Shown here: positions 10,304 through 20,426 of the stretch, in pieces
How positions within the stretch are numbered: position 1 is the first letter of the stretch
Layout of the letters: each line of letters begins with the position of its first letter
DNA from: an uncultured delta proteobacterium
GTDB taxonomy: Bacteria > Myxococcota > Myxococcia > Myxococcales > Anaeromyxobacteraceae
Length of the DNA stretch: 64,000 nucleotides
NCBI GenBank assembly: GCA_963845515.1
Contig: CAWJSR010000045.1
Location: 64,001 to 128,000 of the forward strand
Direction: 5' to 3'
Notes under the pieces: model-generated
Told to the model about the DNA's origin: nothing
The model's database searches: none
Seen by the model: the letters and a program-made list of their open reading frames with translations, nothing else
Position numbers and translations under genes: made by a program

Positions 10304-11332
10304 GTGCTCCACCTCGCCGGACAGGACAGCGCGGCCCTCGCCGCGGCCGCCGGGATCACGCTCGCCGACGCGCGGCGGATCCTCGGCGCCGTCGTCGGGC
10401 GCCAGCGTCCGCTCCGGGAGGCTCGCAACGTCCGGCGCGAGGTGCTCGACAAGGTCGAGGCGCTCGCGTCGCGTGACCAGCTGCGCGAGGTCGAGCGGGT
10501 GGACGCGAAGGACGGGTTCCGGCGCTACCTCTTCGAGCTGCCCGACGGCGAGCGGATCGAGTCGGTCCGGATCCCGCTCTTCGACACGCATCACTCGGTC
10601 TGCCTCTCCTCGCAGGTGGGCTGCGCCCTCGGCTGCGCCTTCTGCGCCACCGGCCGGATGGGGCTCGCCCGGAACCTCGCCTCCTGGGAGATGGTCGCGC
10701 AGCTCCTCCACGTGCGGAGCGACAGCCAGCGGCCGGTGAAGGGCGCGGTCTTCCAGGGGCAGGGGGAGCCGTTCCACAACTACGACGCAGTCATCGCGGC
10801 GGCGTACGCGCTCTGCGACCCGGCGGGCGCGCGCGTGGACGCGCGCCGGATCACGATCTCGACCGCCGGCGTCATCCCGGCGATCCGGCGCTTCACCGCC
10901 GAGGGGCACAAGTTCCGGCTCACGGCCTCGCTCAACGCCGCGATCCCCGAGAAGCGCGCCGCGCTGATGCCGGTGGAGCGCGGGCAGCCGCTGGAGGAGC
11001 TGGTCGACGCGCTCCACGAGCACGCGGCGAAGACCGGCCGGGTCAACGTCTCGTACGTGATGATCTCGGGCTTCAACGTCGGCGACGAGGACGCCGCGGC
11101 GCTCGGCCGGCTGCTGCGCGGCCTCCCGCTCCGGCTCAACCCGATCGCGGTGAACGACGACAGCGGCAGGTTCAGCCCGCCCGGCGAGCAGGAGTGGAAC
11201 GCGTTCCGCGACGCGCTCGCGCGCGAGCTGCCTGGCCAGCCGATCGTCCGGCGCTACTCGGGCGGCCAGGACGAGCACGCGGCCTGCGGGATGCTGGCGG
11301 CGCGATCGGCGGGCGTTGCCCCCTCACCCTGA
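10304..11332 (+). CDS. RlmN/Cfr-family radical SAM methyltransferase (divergent paralogue)
   Basis: [19 protein letters not shown] (CxxxCxxC), QGQGEP in place of MGMGEP, TISTAG, C-terminal AACG. Confidence 0.85.
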   Translation: MLHLAGQDSAALAAAAGITLADARRILGAVVGRQRPLREARNVRREVLDKVEALASRDQLREVERVDAKDGFRRYLFELPDGERIESVRIPLFDTHHSVCLSSQVGCALGCAFCATGRMGLARNLASWEMVAQLLHVRSDSQRPVKGAVFQGQGEPFHNYDAVIAAAYALCDPAGARVDARRITISTAGVIPAIRRFTAEGHKFRLTASLNAAIPEKRAALMPVERGQPLEELVDALHEHAAKTGRVNVSYVMISGFNVGDEDAAALGRLLRGLPLRLNPIAVNDDSGRFSPPGEQEWNAFRDALARELPGQPIVRRYSGGQDEHAACGMLAARSAGVAPSP

Positions 11333-11357
11333 CCCGCTCCCCCGGTGGGGGAGAGGG
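11319..11357 (+). repeat. REP-like palindromic repeat (CCCTCACCC...CTCCCCC...GGGGGAGAGGG family)
   Basis: CCCCCTCACCCTGACCCGCTCCCCCGGTGGGGGAGAGGG. Contains the stop codon of the radical SAM gene. Confidence 0.75.
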
Positions 11358-11369
11358 AAGGAGAAAGGG

Positions 11370-12428
11370 TCAGCCGACTGCCGCCACCAGCATGTGGGCC
11401 AGGAAGTAGCAGACCGCGGCGACGGCAGCTGACGCGGGGATGGTGATGACCCAGGCCCAGACGATCTTGCCGGCGACCCCCCAGCGGACCGCGCGGGTCC
11501 CCTTGGTGGAGCCGACGCCGACGATGGCCCCGGTGATGGTGTGGGTGGTCGAGACCGGGATGCCCCAGTGGGCGAGCGCGATGATGGTCACGCCGCCGCC
11601 GGTCTCCGCGCAGAAGCCGCCGATGGGGGCCAGCTTCGTCAGGTTGTGCCCCATCGTCTTCACGATCCGCCACCCGCCGAACATCGTGCCCATGCCGATG
11701 GCCGCGCCGCAGGCCACAGCGACCCAGAACGGGACGATCAGCGGCGCGTTGGGGTCCGCGGGGAGCCGATCCGACCAGATCGAGCCGTAGAGGATCACCG
11801 AGATGATCCCCATGACCTTCTGCGCGTCGTTGGTGCCGTGGCTGTAGCTGAAGATCGCTGCGGAGAGCAGCTGGAGCTTCCTGAACCAGTGGTCCACGGC
11901 CCACGGCGTGCGGCGGCGGACGATCCAGGCGGTGAGGACCATCATCAGCGACCCGAGCGTGAAGCCGATGAGCGGGGAGAGGACGATGAAGGCGACGACC
12001 TTCAGGATCCCCGAGGCGATGAGGCCGCTGGGACCGAGCGAGGGCAGCGTCGCGCCGATGAGCCCGCCCGCGAGCGCATGTGACGACGAGGACGGCAGCC
12101 CCCAGAGCCACGTCAGGAGGTTCCAGACGATTGCGCCCATCAGCGCGGCGAAGATGACGGTGAGGACCTCCGCCGAGCCGTGCGCCCGGAGCATGTCGAA
12201 GTGGATGATCCCCTTCCCCATGGTGTTGGCGACCTTCGGGGTCACCCCCCAGAGGATCGGCGCCACCGCGACGAAGTTGAAGAAGGCGGCCCAGATCACC
12301 GCCTGGAGCGGCGAGAGCACGCGCGTCGAGACGACCGTCGCGATCGAGTTGGCCGCGTCGTGGAAGCCGTTGATGAAGTCGAAAGCGAGCGCGAGGAGGA
12401 CGAGGAGGACGACGACGGCGGTCAGCAT
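11370..12428 (-). CDS. pit: Inorganic phosphate transporter, PiT family
   Basis: GFHDAANSIAT, GLPSSSSHAL, SHGTNDAQK, GIPVSTTH signature motifs. Confidence 0.95.
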   Translation of the reverse strand: MLTAVVVLLVLLALAFDFINGFHDAANSIATVVSTRVLSPLQAVIWAAFFNFVAVAPILWGVTPKVANTMGKGIIHFDMLRAHGSAEVLTVIFAALMGAIVWNLLTWLWGLPSSSSHALAGGLIGATLPSLGPSGLIASGILKVVAFIVLSPLIGFTLGSLMMVLTAWIVRRRTPWAVDHWFRKLQLLSAAIFSYSHGTNDAQKVMGIISVILYGSIWSDRLPADPNAPLIVPFWVAVACGAAIGMGTMFGGWRIVKTMGHNLTKLAPIGGFCAETGGGVTIIALAHWGIPVSTTHTITGAIVGVGSTKGTRAVRWGVAGKIVWAWVITIPASAAVAAVCYFLAHMLVAAVG

Positions 12429-12460
12429 GTGGGCGGTCTCTGGCGCGGCGCGGGGACCGG

Positions 12461-13096
12461 CTACGCGTGCTCGAGGACGACGCCCTCTATGATGTTGGCC
12501 ACGTCCTCGGCCCGGTCGGTGGCCGTCTCGATGAAGTCGATGATCTCCTTCCACTTCATGACGTGGAGCGGGTCGTTGCCGCGCTTGAAGAGCATCGCCA
12601 TCGTCTTGCGCGTCAGCGTGTCGGCCTGGTTCTCGATGACGTTGATCTCCTTGCAGGCCTCGAGGATGCGGGTCGGGTCCTTCTTCATGTCCCGCAGCCC
12701 CTTCACCGCCTCCTCCATCTTCCGCGTCTGCGCCACCAGGATGCCGGCCAGCTCCCGGGACTCGGGGATCGACTGGTCGAGGTCGTAGAGCGAGAGCCGC
12801 TCCGCGGCGGCGTCGGTCAGGTCGAGGACGTCGTCGATCTTCGAGAGCAGCTCGTGGATCTCCGACCGGTCGAAGGGGGTGATGAAGTTGGTGTAGAGCT
12901 TCTTGAAGGCCTGGTGGGTGATGTCGTCGGCCTTGTGCTCCACGTCCTTGATGGCCTGCGCCTTCCTCTGGACGTCGGTGAAGTCGTCGAGCATCGCCTT
13001 GAGCAGGACCGCCCCCTCGACCGCCGTGGCCGCCTGGGCCTCGAAGTAGGTGAAGAAGTCGTCGGAGCGCGGCATCATCTTTTCGAGGAGCGTCAT
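12461..13096 (-). CDS. DUF47 / PhoU-like phosphate transport regulator
   Basis: EHKADDI...FITPFDRSEI...IDDVLD, ENQAD, ATDRAEDVAN motifs. Canonical position upstream of pit. Confidence 0.92.
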   Translation of the reverse strand: MTLLEKMMPRSDDFFTYFEAQAATAVEGAVLLKAMLDDFTDVQRKAQAIKDVEHKADDITHQAFKKLYTNFITPFDRSEIHELLSKIDDVLDLTDAAAERLSLYDLDQSIPESRELAGILVAQTRKMEEAVKGLRDMKKDPTRILEACKEINVIENQADTLTRKTMAMLFKRGNDPLHVMKWKEIIDFIETATDRAEDVANIIEGVVLEHA

Positions 13097-13132
13097 GGCG
13101 GGCTGGTCTCTTTCGCGGTCGTTTTGCCGCGG

Positions 13133-13160
13133 AGGATACGAATTCGTGTCGCTGAGTCAA
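13133..13160 (-). promoter_or_regulatory. Sigma-70-type promoter for DUF47-pit
   Basis: Minus strand TTGACT-N16-TATCCT. Confidence 0.55.
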
Positions 13161-13192
13161 AGGGCGACGGTCATCGAATCGGGGGCGTTCGT

Positions 13193-13210
13193 GTGACGAC
13201 TCGGTGACGG
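13193..13210 (-). promoter_or_regulatory. Pho-box-like direct repeat
   Basis: Minus strand CCGTCAC-CGAG-TCGTCAC with 11-bp period, between the divergent pit and PAP2 genes. Confidence 0.45.
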
Positions 13211-13261
13211 CGCCAAGCGCGCGATAGTCCGGGGGAATCGCGCCGGTGGTAGAGTCGGGCA

Positions 13262-14056
13262 GTGAACTCCACGCGCGCACTTGCCCTCCTCGCCCTCCTC
13301 TCCGCGCCCCTGGCCCGCGCCGAGGGGCCCAGGCCGCTCGAGTACGACCTGCGGCTCGACCTCCCCCTGACCGTGGCGGCGACGGCCGCATGGGTCGGCT
13401 CGGAGCTGGCCAAGGAGCGGCTGGCGCCCGACGCGTGCCGGTTCTGCGAGCCGAACGGGCTCGACACGGCGGTGCGGAACGCGGTCGTCTGGCGGAACCC
13501 GGCCGCGGCGCGCCACGCGTCGGACGCCCTCGTCTTCGCGCTGCTGCCGGCAGGCATGGTCACGCACCAGCTCCTCGCCGCGCGCGCCGATGGGGAGCTC
13601 TCGGAGGGGTTCGTCGACGTCCTCGTGGTGGCAGAGGCGGCCGCGCTCGCCGCGGACCTGAACCAGCTCGTGAAGTTCGCCGTCGGGCGCGAGCGCCCGT
13701 TCGTCCACTACGGTGACCCGGCGCGGCCGCACGAGGCGGACGACGACCTGTCCTTCTACTCCGGCCACACGTCGATGGCCTTCGCGGTCGCCTCCTCCGC
13801 CGGGATGGTGAGCACGCTGCGTGGTTACCGGAGCGCGCCGTGGGTCTGGGGCGTCGGCATGTCTCTCGCGGCCACGGCGGGCTGGCTGCGGATGGGCGGG
13901 GACATGCACTGGTTCAGCGACGTGCTGGTGGGCGCGGCCGTCGGCACCGCCGTCGGCGCCGGCCTCCCGTGGCTCCTGCACAGGGACCGCGACGAAGGGC
14001 CCGACGTCGCCGTCACGGCGTCGCCGGCGATGGTCGCCTTCTCCTTCGCCTTCTGA
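13262..14056 (+). CDS. PAP2-family phosphatase
   Basis: KFAVGRERP, SFYSGH and RMGGDMHWFSDV, the three PAP2 motifs. Signal peptide. Confidence 0.9.
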   Translation: MNSTRALALLALLSAPLARAEGPRPLEYDLRLDLPLTVAATAAWVGSELAKERLAPDACRFCEPNGLDTAVRNAVVWRNPAAARHASDALVFALLPAGMVTHQLLAARADGELSEGFVDVLVVAEAAALAADLNQLVKFAVGRERPFVHYGDPARPHEADDDLSFYSGHTSMAFAVASSAGMVSTLRGYRSAPWVWGVGMSLAATAGWLRMGGDMHWFSDVLVGAAVGTAVGAGLPWLLHRDRDEGPDVAVTASPAMVAFSFAF

Positions 14057-14070
14057 CGCCCGGCGTCCCG

Positions 14071-15933
14071 TTGAACCTGGTCGAGCACCTCGATCGGCTG
14101 GCCAGGCTCCTCGCCGCGGAGCGCGAGGAGGAGCGGGCGCGCTTCGAGGAGGCCAGGGGAAGGCTCTCGATCGTCGAGCAGGAGGGGCGCGGCATCGCGC
14201 TGGCCGACCTGGAGCCGGAGGCCGAGGGGGTGCTCGCCGGGAGGGCGCTCGTGACCTACGGCCGCGGTGGCCGGCCGCTGGCGGGGGGACGGATCGGCGT
14301 CGGCGCGATCGTGCGGGTGGACTCCAGGCGCGAGGCGCGGCCGGACGCGCCGACGGGCGTCGTCGCGCGGCGGAGCCGCATGCGCGTCACCGTCGCGTTC
14401 GACGAGCCGCCGCCCGAGTGGGCGGTCGGTGGACGCGTGGTCCTGACCCTGGAGCCCTCTCCCGTCACCTGGGACCGGCTCGACTCCGCGATACGGCGGA
14501 TCCGCGAGGAGCAGGCGGGGAAGCGGTGGCACGCCGCGCTCTCGGGCGCGCCGCTGCGCTTCGCGGCGCGGCCGCGGGCCGCCCCGACGCCGGAGGGGCT
14601 CAACGCCGAGCAGCGTGGCGCCTTCGACCTGGCGGAGCGCGCAGACGACCTCGCGCTCGTCCACGGTCCGCCCGGGACCGGCAAGACGACCGTCCTCGTG
14701 GAGATCGTGCGGGCGGCGGCGGCGCGTGGCGAGAGGGTCCTGGCGACGGCGCCGTCCAACCTCGCGGTCGACAACCTGGTGGAGCGGCTCGTGGCCGCGG
14801 GGCTCGACTGCGTCCGGCTTGGCCACCCGGCGCGCGTCCTCCCCTCGGTGCTCTCCCACACGCTCGAGGCGAAGGCCGAGGAGCGGGAGGAGGCGCGGAT
14901 CGCCGCCCGGCTGGTGGAGGACGCGCTGGCCTTGCGGCGCGATGCCGCGAAGCGGCGCGGAAAGAAGGGGCCCGGCCGGTTCAGCCAGTCGCGCGGGCAG
15001 GAGCGTGAGGCCCGGGCGCTCTTCGCGGAGGCGCGCGCGCTGGAGGACCGCGCTGAGGCGGCGGTGATCGACCGCGCGCAGGTGGTCCTGGCGACGCTCA
15101 CGGGGCTCGACGCCGGACCGCTCGCCGGGCGGCGCTTCGACCTCGCGGTCGCGGACGAGGCGACGCAGGCGACGGAGCCGGCGCTCTATCTCGCGCTCCT
15201 CCGCGCCGACCGGGCGGTGCTCGCAGGCGACCCGCTCCAGCTGCCGCCGACGATCGTCTCGGACGAGGCGCAGGCGGGCGGCCTCGGGATCTCGCTCTTC
15301 GAGAGGCTCGCCGGGATGCACGGCGACGCCGCGCGCGTGACGCTCGCCGAGCAGCACCGGATGAACGCACGGATCATGCGCTTCCCGTCCGAGGCGCTCT
15401 ATGGAGGCGCGCTGCGCGCTCACCCGGCGGTCGCAGACCACGCGCTCGACGGCGAGCCGCTCCTGTTCGTGGACACGGCGGGCGCGGGTCACGACGAGGA
15501 CACGCCCGAGGGGAGCGACTCCCGCCAGAACGACGGCGAGGCCGCCCTCGCGGTCCGGGAGGTCGAGCGGATCCTGGCGCTCGGGGTGGCCCCCGCGGAC
15601 GTCGCGGTGATCTCTCCCTACGACGCGCAGGTGCAGCGGCTCCGCCAGCTGCTCGCGCCATATCTCGACGCCGGGCTGGAGGTCGACACGGTCGACGGCT
15701 TCCAGGGGCGCGAGAAGGAGGCGGTGGTCGTCTCGCTCGTCAGATCGAACGATGCGGGCGAGGTGGGCTTCCTCGCCGACGTCCGACGGATGAACGTGGC
15801 CATCACGCGGGCGCGCAAGAAGCTCGTGGTCATAGGCGACTCGGCGACCGTGGCGCGCCACCCGTTCTACGAGGCTTTCCAGCGCCATGCCGAGCAGGCG
15901 GGGGCGTGGCGCAGCGCCTTCGAGAGGGAGTAG
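14071..15933 (+). CDS. Superfamily-1 helicase, UPF1/IGHMBP2-like
   Basis: HGPPGTGKT, TAPSNLAVDN, DEATQ, GDPLQLPP, QHRM, TVDGFQGREKE, RRMNVAITRAR. Start placed at TTG 14071. Confidence 0.92.
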   Translation: MNLVEHLDRLARLLAAEREEERARFEEARGRLSIVEQEGRGIALADLEPEAEGVLAGRALVTYGRGGRPLAGGRIGVGAIVRVDSRREARPDAPTGVVARRSRMRVTVAFDEPPPEWAVGGRVVLTLEPSPVTWDRLDSAIRRIREEQAGKRWHAALSGAPLRFAARPRAAPTPEGLNAEQRGAFDLAERADDLALVHGPPGTGKTTVLVEIVRAAAARGERVLATAPSNLAVDNLVERLVAAGLDCVRLGHPARVLPSVLSHTLEAKAEEREEARIAARLVEDALALRRDAAKRRGKKGPGRFSQSRGQEREARALFAEARALEDRAEAAVIDRAQVVLATLTGLDAGPLAGRRFDLAVADEATQATEPALYLALLRADRAVLAGDPLQLPPTIVSDEAQAGGLGISLFERLAGMHGDAARVTLAEQHRMNARIMRFPSEALYGGALRAHPAVADHALDGEPLLFVDTAGAGHDEDTPEGSDSRQNDGEAALAVREVERILALGVAPADVAVISPYDAQVQRLRQLLAPYLDAGLEVDTVDGFQGREKEAVVVSLVRSNDAGEVGFLADVRRMNVAITRARKKLVVIGDSATVARHPFYEAFQRHAEQAGAWRSAFERE

Positions 15934-16016
15934 TTGCGGCGCATTGTCGCCCTCCGCGGGACGGCAGGTGCTTCACCTTCCGTACGCCGGGCGGTAGGCT
16001 TCGGCTGGGAGCGGTC

Positions 16017-17126
16017 ATGAGGGAGCGAGACGAGACGCGCGCGTCGCGCCAGGCGGCCGAGCTCGAGGCCGTGCTCGACTCGATCGCTGACGGGCTCGTC
16101 ATCTTCGGCCCGCGCGGCGAAGTCCGCAGCATGAACGAGGCGGCGTTCCGCTACGTCGTGAGCGACCCTTCGGCCGACCGCACCGGCGCGCCGCCGCCGG
16201 GCGGCCCGCAGTTCGTAGACGCGGAGGGAAAGCCGCTCGCGGGAGGGAGGAGCCCCGTCGACCGCGCGCTGGCGGGTGAGACCGTTCGCGCCCTGCACCT
16301 CAGGACGGTGCATCCCGAGACCGGCCGGTGCGGCTGGGTGGCGGCGAGCGCGGCGCCGATCCGGAGTGGCGACGGGCGGATCGAGGGGGCCGTGCTCACC
16401 TTCTCGGACGAGACGAGCGTCTACAGGCTGCAGGAGGAGCGGGACGATCTCCTGAGGGCCATCACCCATGACCTCCGGACGCCGCTGAACGCGATCTACA
16501 TGCAGGCCCACCTCGTCGAGCGGGGGTCCGGTGGGCCGGACCGGGCAGCCGAGCGAGGTCGCTCCATCGTGAAGAGCTGCGAGCGGATGAGCGAGATGCT
16601 CCAGGAGCTGGCGGACAGCGCGATGCTGGAGGCCGGGCGGCTCCACTTCGCGCCGCAGCCCGTCGACGTCGCCGCGTTCGCGGCGGAGCTGCTGGAGCGA
16701 CTGCGTGGCGGGCTCGACGTCGACCGCGTCAGGTTCGCGGCGGAGCCGGGCCTCCCGCCGGCGATCGCCAATCCCAAGTGGCTGGAGAGGATCCTCGTGA
16801 ACCTCGTCTCGAACGCCCTCAAGTATTCGCCGGCGCAGACCGAGGTCGAGGTGCGGACCGTCGCGGTGGAGGCTGGAGTCGAGCTCCGTGTCGTCGACCA
16901 CGGCGTCGGGATCACGCCGGAGGACCAGGTCCACCTCTTCGAGCGCTGGTTCCGCTCCAAGGGGACGCGGCGGCCCGAGGGGCTCGGACTCGGGCTCTAC
17001 ATCACGCGGCTCCTGGTCGAGGCACAGCACGGCCGGATCCGCGTGGAGACCGCCCTCGGCCAGGGCTCGACGTTCCGGGTCTGGTTCCCGTCGCACCCGC
17101 CGGCGGGGCGCGCCTCCCAGGGGTAG
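16017..17126 (+). CDS. Cytoplasmic PAS-domain sensor histidine kinase (orphan)
   Basis: PAS (AVLDSIADG), H-box THDLRTPL, NLVSNALKYS, DHGVGI, GLGLGL. Confidence 0.92.
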   Translation: MRERDETRASRQAAELEAVLDSIADGLVIFGPRGEVRSMNEAAFRYVVSDPSADRTGAPPPGGPQFVDAEGKPLAGGRSPVDRALAGETVRALHLRTVHPETGRCGWVAASAAPIRSGDGRIEGAVLTFSDETSVYRLQEERDDLLRAITHDLRTPLNAIYMQAHLVERGSGGPDRAAERGRSIVKSCERMSEMLQELADSAMLEAGRLHFAPQPVDVAAFAAELLERLRGGLDVDRVRFAAEPGLPPAIANPKWLERILVNLVSNALKYSPAQTEVEVRTVAVEAGVELRVVDHGVGITPEDQVHLFERWFRSKGTRRPEGLGLGLYITRLLVEAQHGRIRVETALGQGSTFRVWFPSHPPAGRASQG

Positions 17127-17181
17127 CGATCTCCGGCCTTGGGGGCTCGTGCGCCGGCCCTGCTTGGGCTAGCTTGCGCAG

Positions 17182-17988
17182 GTGATCCGCTCCACTTTCC
17201 GGCTCGTCCCCGGCGTCGGCCCGTGGGCCGAGGGTCAGGTCTGGAAGGCGGGCATCCGCTCCTGGGACGAGATCCCATCCGCGCCCGGACGGATCCTCTC
17301 GACCAGGCTGGATCAGCGACTGCGCGAGGCGGTGGCGCGCGCCTCCGACCTGATCGCCGCCCGCGACGCCGATGGCCTCGCGACGCTCGTCCCGAAGGGC
17401 GAGCGGTGGCGCCTCTTCGCGGCGTTCGCGGCCGAGGCGGCCTACCTCGACATCGAGACCGACGGCGGCGACACGGTGACCGTCATCGGGATCCTGGACG
17501 CGAGCGGGCCGAGGGTCCTGATCGCGGGGCGGGACCTGGACGACTTCCCGGAGATCGCGGCGCGCTGGAAGCTGCTCGTGACCTACAACGGGCTCTCTTT
17601 CGACGTCCCGATGCTGAAGCGCCGCTTCCCGGGCTGGAGGCCTCCGCTCGCGCACGTCGACCTGCGCCACGTCTGGCACCGGCTGGGTCACCGCGGCGGG
17701 CTGAAGCTGCTCGAGATCGCCAACGGCATCGTCCGCCCCGACCGGCTCGCCGGCCTCGACGGTCGCGACGCCATCGTCCTCTGGGATCGCCACCTTGCCG
17801 GGGACACGGGCGCGACGCGCCTCCTCGCCGAGTACAACCTCCGCGACACCGTCGACCTCCAGCCGCTGATGGAGCGCGGCTACAACAAGCTGGTCGAGCG
17901 GCTGGGAGCGGCGGCGCCGAAGCTCGCGGAGTCGTCCTTCGGCGACCTGGGCTACGACGTCACGAAGGTGCTCCTCGGGCTGCGCTGA
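17182..17988 (+). CDS. RNase-H-like 3'-5' exonuclease domain protein (YprB-like)
   Basis: YLDIET, VTYNGLSFDVP, HVDL, GGLKLLE and YNLRD DEDD-type motifs. Confidence 0.85.
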   Translation: MIRSTFRLVPGVGPWAEGQVWKAGIRSWDEIPSAPGRILSTRLDQRLREAVARASDLIAARDADGLATLVPKGERWRLFAAFAAEAAYLDIETDGGDTVTVIGILDASGPRVLIAGRDLDDFPEIAARWKLLVTYNGLSFDVPMLKRRFPGWRPPLAHVDLRHVWHRLGHRGGLKLLEIANGIVRPDRLAGLDGRDAIVLWDRHLAGDTGATRLLAEYNLRDTVDLQPLMERGYNKLVERLGAAAPKLAESSFGDLGYDVTKVLLGLR

Positions 17989-18000
17989 ACGCGGCTCCCG

Positions 18001-20157
18001 CTACGGAGTGCAGCAGGTCCCGGCCGTGCTGCACCTGGGCGAGACGTCGAAGGTCGTGTTCGCGTACAGGCTCGAGCCGCCCTGCTGCGCCTTGAGGATG
18101 CCCGAGATCCCGCCGGCGCCGTCGGCCCGCGGGTAGCACCAGCCGGGCAAGCAGGTCACCGTCGCTGGTGTCGGCGACGCGCCCGAAAGGTACAAGGTCA
18201 CGAGCGAGGGATCCCCGTCCGGATCGGTGATCAGGGCGGGGATGGGGACTCCGCTGGTGGAGAGGGCGTACTTCCAGCAGGGGAGATCGCTGGCGCACCT
18301 GCAGCTCTCGACCGACGTCACGGGGACCGTGACCGTCGCCGGCCGGTCGAGGATGGTGATGTTCGTCGATGATTTGATGTTGCTCCAGCCGTCCGCCACC
18401 TCGACCGCGACCGGCTGAAGCGTGGCGAAGGCGGCGAGCGGCGGCAGGCCGCCGAGCGAGTAGTCCCACGCCAGCGCGCAGTCGATGACCGCGCGGCCTG
18501 CCACGAGCGCGAGCGCGTCGCAGTCGCCGGTCGTGAAGCTCGAAGCGTCGAGCGGGTCTCCGTCCGGATCCTCGAAGAGCGCCCCCTCCGCGGTAGCCAC
18601 GTAGCGACGAGTCGCGGCGTCGTAGGCGTGAGGGACCTGCACCGCGGGCGCGGCCTCCTTCACGACCGGCGGTCTGTTTCCGATCAGGAGCTTCAGCGAC
18701 GCGCTCGCGGTGGCCCCCCAGGGATCCTGAACCGTGACGTTGAGGCTGAAGCCGCTCGCGCCGGTCGTCGACATGAACTGTAGAGGGAGGCTCGTCGGCG
18801 TCTCGAACCGGAAGCCGTACTCCTCGCCGTCCAGAGCGATCGTTCCCCTCGACGACGTCCGGTCGGCGGCCACGGTAGCTCCGAGCTGGTAGTGGCTCAG
18901 GGGGTCGCCGTCGGGATCGTGGACCACGAAGGGGTCGGTGCCGTCGGCCACGAAGCAGGCTGCGCCGGTGGCCAGCGTGCAGGGCTCGACCCTGTGACCG
19001 ACCGGCATGAGCCCCAAGAAGCTGGTGCGTGAGGTGACGATGGCCGGCGGCTCGTTGGAGATCGTGATCGGCGCCGACGCAGAAGCCGTGGCCCCGTTCA
19101 CGTCCTCGACCGTCAGCGTCAGCATCCGGACCGCGTCGCCGATCAGCTCAGAGGCGACCGGGCAGGAGATCAGGAGATGCACGGCCTCGACGGACGCCGG
19201 AGCCGCCTCCTCGGTGCAGCCGGCAGCCGGCGCGGGTGTGATGGCCGCTGACACGATCAGGGCGTCTCCGTCGGGGTCGAGCGCCCCGGTCGCACGCTCG
19301 CCCTCGGCGAGGAAGGTGCCGTCCAGGTACCTGTGCCGAAGCACCGCCGGCGGGAACGCGACCGTCGGCGCCGTGTTTGCGACCACCACCTGCTGGACCG
19401 CCTGACCGATGAGCCCCGAAGGGCCCTCCGCCCGTATGCGGAACCGGTAGAGGCCGGCGATGGCGCCGCCCGTGTTCGAGATGTTGGCGGTGACCTGCGC
19501 GGCGTCCGCGCCCGGCGCGAAGGTCACCGAGAGCGACGGATCCTCCGCCACGCCCGCCGGTGGAAGGGCACGCCATCCCCAGGTGAGCGGCGCTCCATCG
19601 GGCTCCGTCCCGACCGCCCGGAGCTCCAGCGCCGGCGAGCCTGCTGGCCCCAGGACCTGACACGCGAGCGGCGTCCCCTCGCAGCGGTGGGTGGCCGAGA
19701 TGGCCGGTCCGGCCTCGACGGTGGGCGCGCCGGTCGCAGCGGCGACCTCGAAGGTGGCGACCGCGGGGGCGCCCTCCAGCCTGAGGTCGTCGACCGGAAC
19801 GACCGTGGCCTCGTAGGTTCCGGGGCACCAGAAGATCGCGTTCAGCGCGCCGCCGGCGGCCGGCTCGACGTCGGGCTCGCAGCCGCCGACGGCAGCGAGG
19901 ATCGTCCAGCGGTGGGTGACGGGGCGCCCTTCGGGATCCATCGTCTCGGGCGCCAGCGTGACGAGCCGGTGCGTCGTAGGCGCGACCGGCGCGGGGAGGT
20001 CCGCGACCGGCGGCGCGTTGGCCGCGCAGGCTCCCTGGTGGCAGAGGCTTCCTGCACCACAGTCGGAGTCCTGCGCGCAGTCGCGGATCGAGGGTGAAGA
20101 GGAGCAGGCGACGCCGAGGAGCAGCGCCGCGACGGCGAGCGCCGAGAGGTGGTTCAT
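18001..20157 (-). CDS. Large lipoprotein with Cys-rich N-terminus and tandem Ig/cadherin-like domains
   Basis: Lipobox LGVA-C, CAQDSDCGAGSLCHQGAC module, repeated NxxP...DPDGD motifs. Confidence 0.75.
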   Translation of the reverse strand: MNHLSALAVAALLLGVACSSSPSIRDCAQDSDCGAGSLCHQGACAANAPPVADLPAPVAPTTHRLVTLAPETMDPEGRPVTHRWTILAAVGGCEPDVEPAAGGALNAIFWCPGTYEATVVPVDDLRLEGAPAVATFEVAAATGAPTVEAGPAISATHRCEGTPLACQVLGPAGSPALELRAVGTEPDGAPLTWGWRALPPAGVAEDPSLSVTFAPGADAAQVTANISNTGGAIAGLYRFRIRAEGPSGLIGQAVQQVVVANTAPTVAFPPAVLRHRYLDGTFLAEGERATGALDPDGDALIVSAAITPAPAAGCTEEAAPASVEAVHLLISCPVASELIGDAVRMLTLTVEDVNGATASASAPITISNEPPAIVTSRTSFLGLMPVGHRVEPCTLATGAACFVADGTDPFVVHDPDGDPLSHYQLGATVAADRTSSRGTIALDGEEYGFRFETPTSLPLQFMSTTGASGFSLNVTVQDPWGATASASLKLLIGNRPPVVKEAAPAVQVPHAYDAATRRYVATAEGALFEDPDGDPLDASSFTTGDCDALALVAGRAVIDCALAWDYSLGGLPPLAAFATLQPVAVEVADGWSNIKSSTNITILDRPATVTVPVTSVESCRCASDLPCWKYALSTSGVPIPALITDPDGDPSLVTLYLSGASPTPATVTCLPGWCYPRADGAGGISGILKAQQGGSSLYANTTFDVSPRCSTAGTCCTP

Positions 20158-20426
20158 CAGGGCCCCCAGGGAGGACATACACTCATAGTCGGTGTTCACG
20201 ATCAGCGCAACCGTTGCATGACTCGCTCCACGCGCCGCGACGGGAGTGCGCGGGGTTGCCGGTCCCGGTGGGTCCGCGGATCGGCCGATTGGGACGCGGC
20301 GCGGACCGTCCTGGCCGCCGGTGCCGCGTCTCCACGGGCCCTGCCGTCCTCGCACGGGCGTTGCATCGGACACGCACCCATGGTGTTCTCGCCATTCACT
20401 TCCGGTGCGCCTTCGGGAGGCACGCC

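Noticed and set aside
14071..17988. Helicase plus YprB-like exonuclease as an MrfAB-type repair or defence system
   Set aside because: The helicase is SF1 UPF1-like, not the SF2 YprA type. A kinase gene lies between them, and the exonuclease has its own promoter signature.
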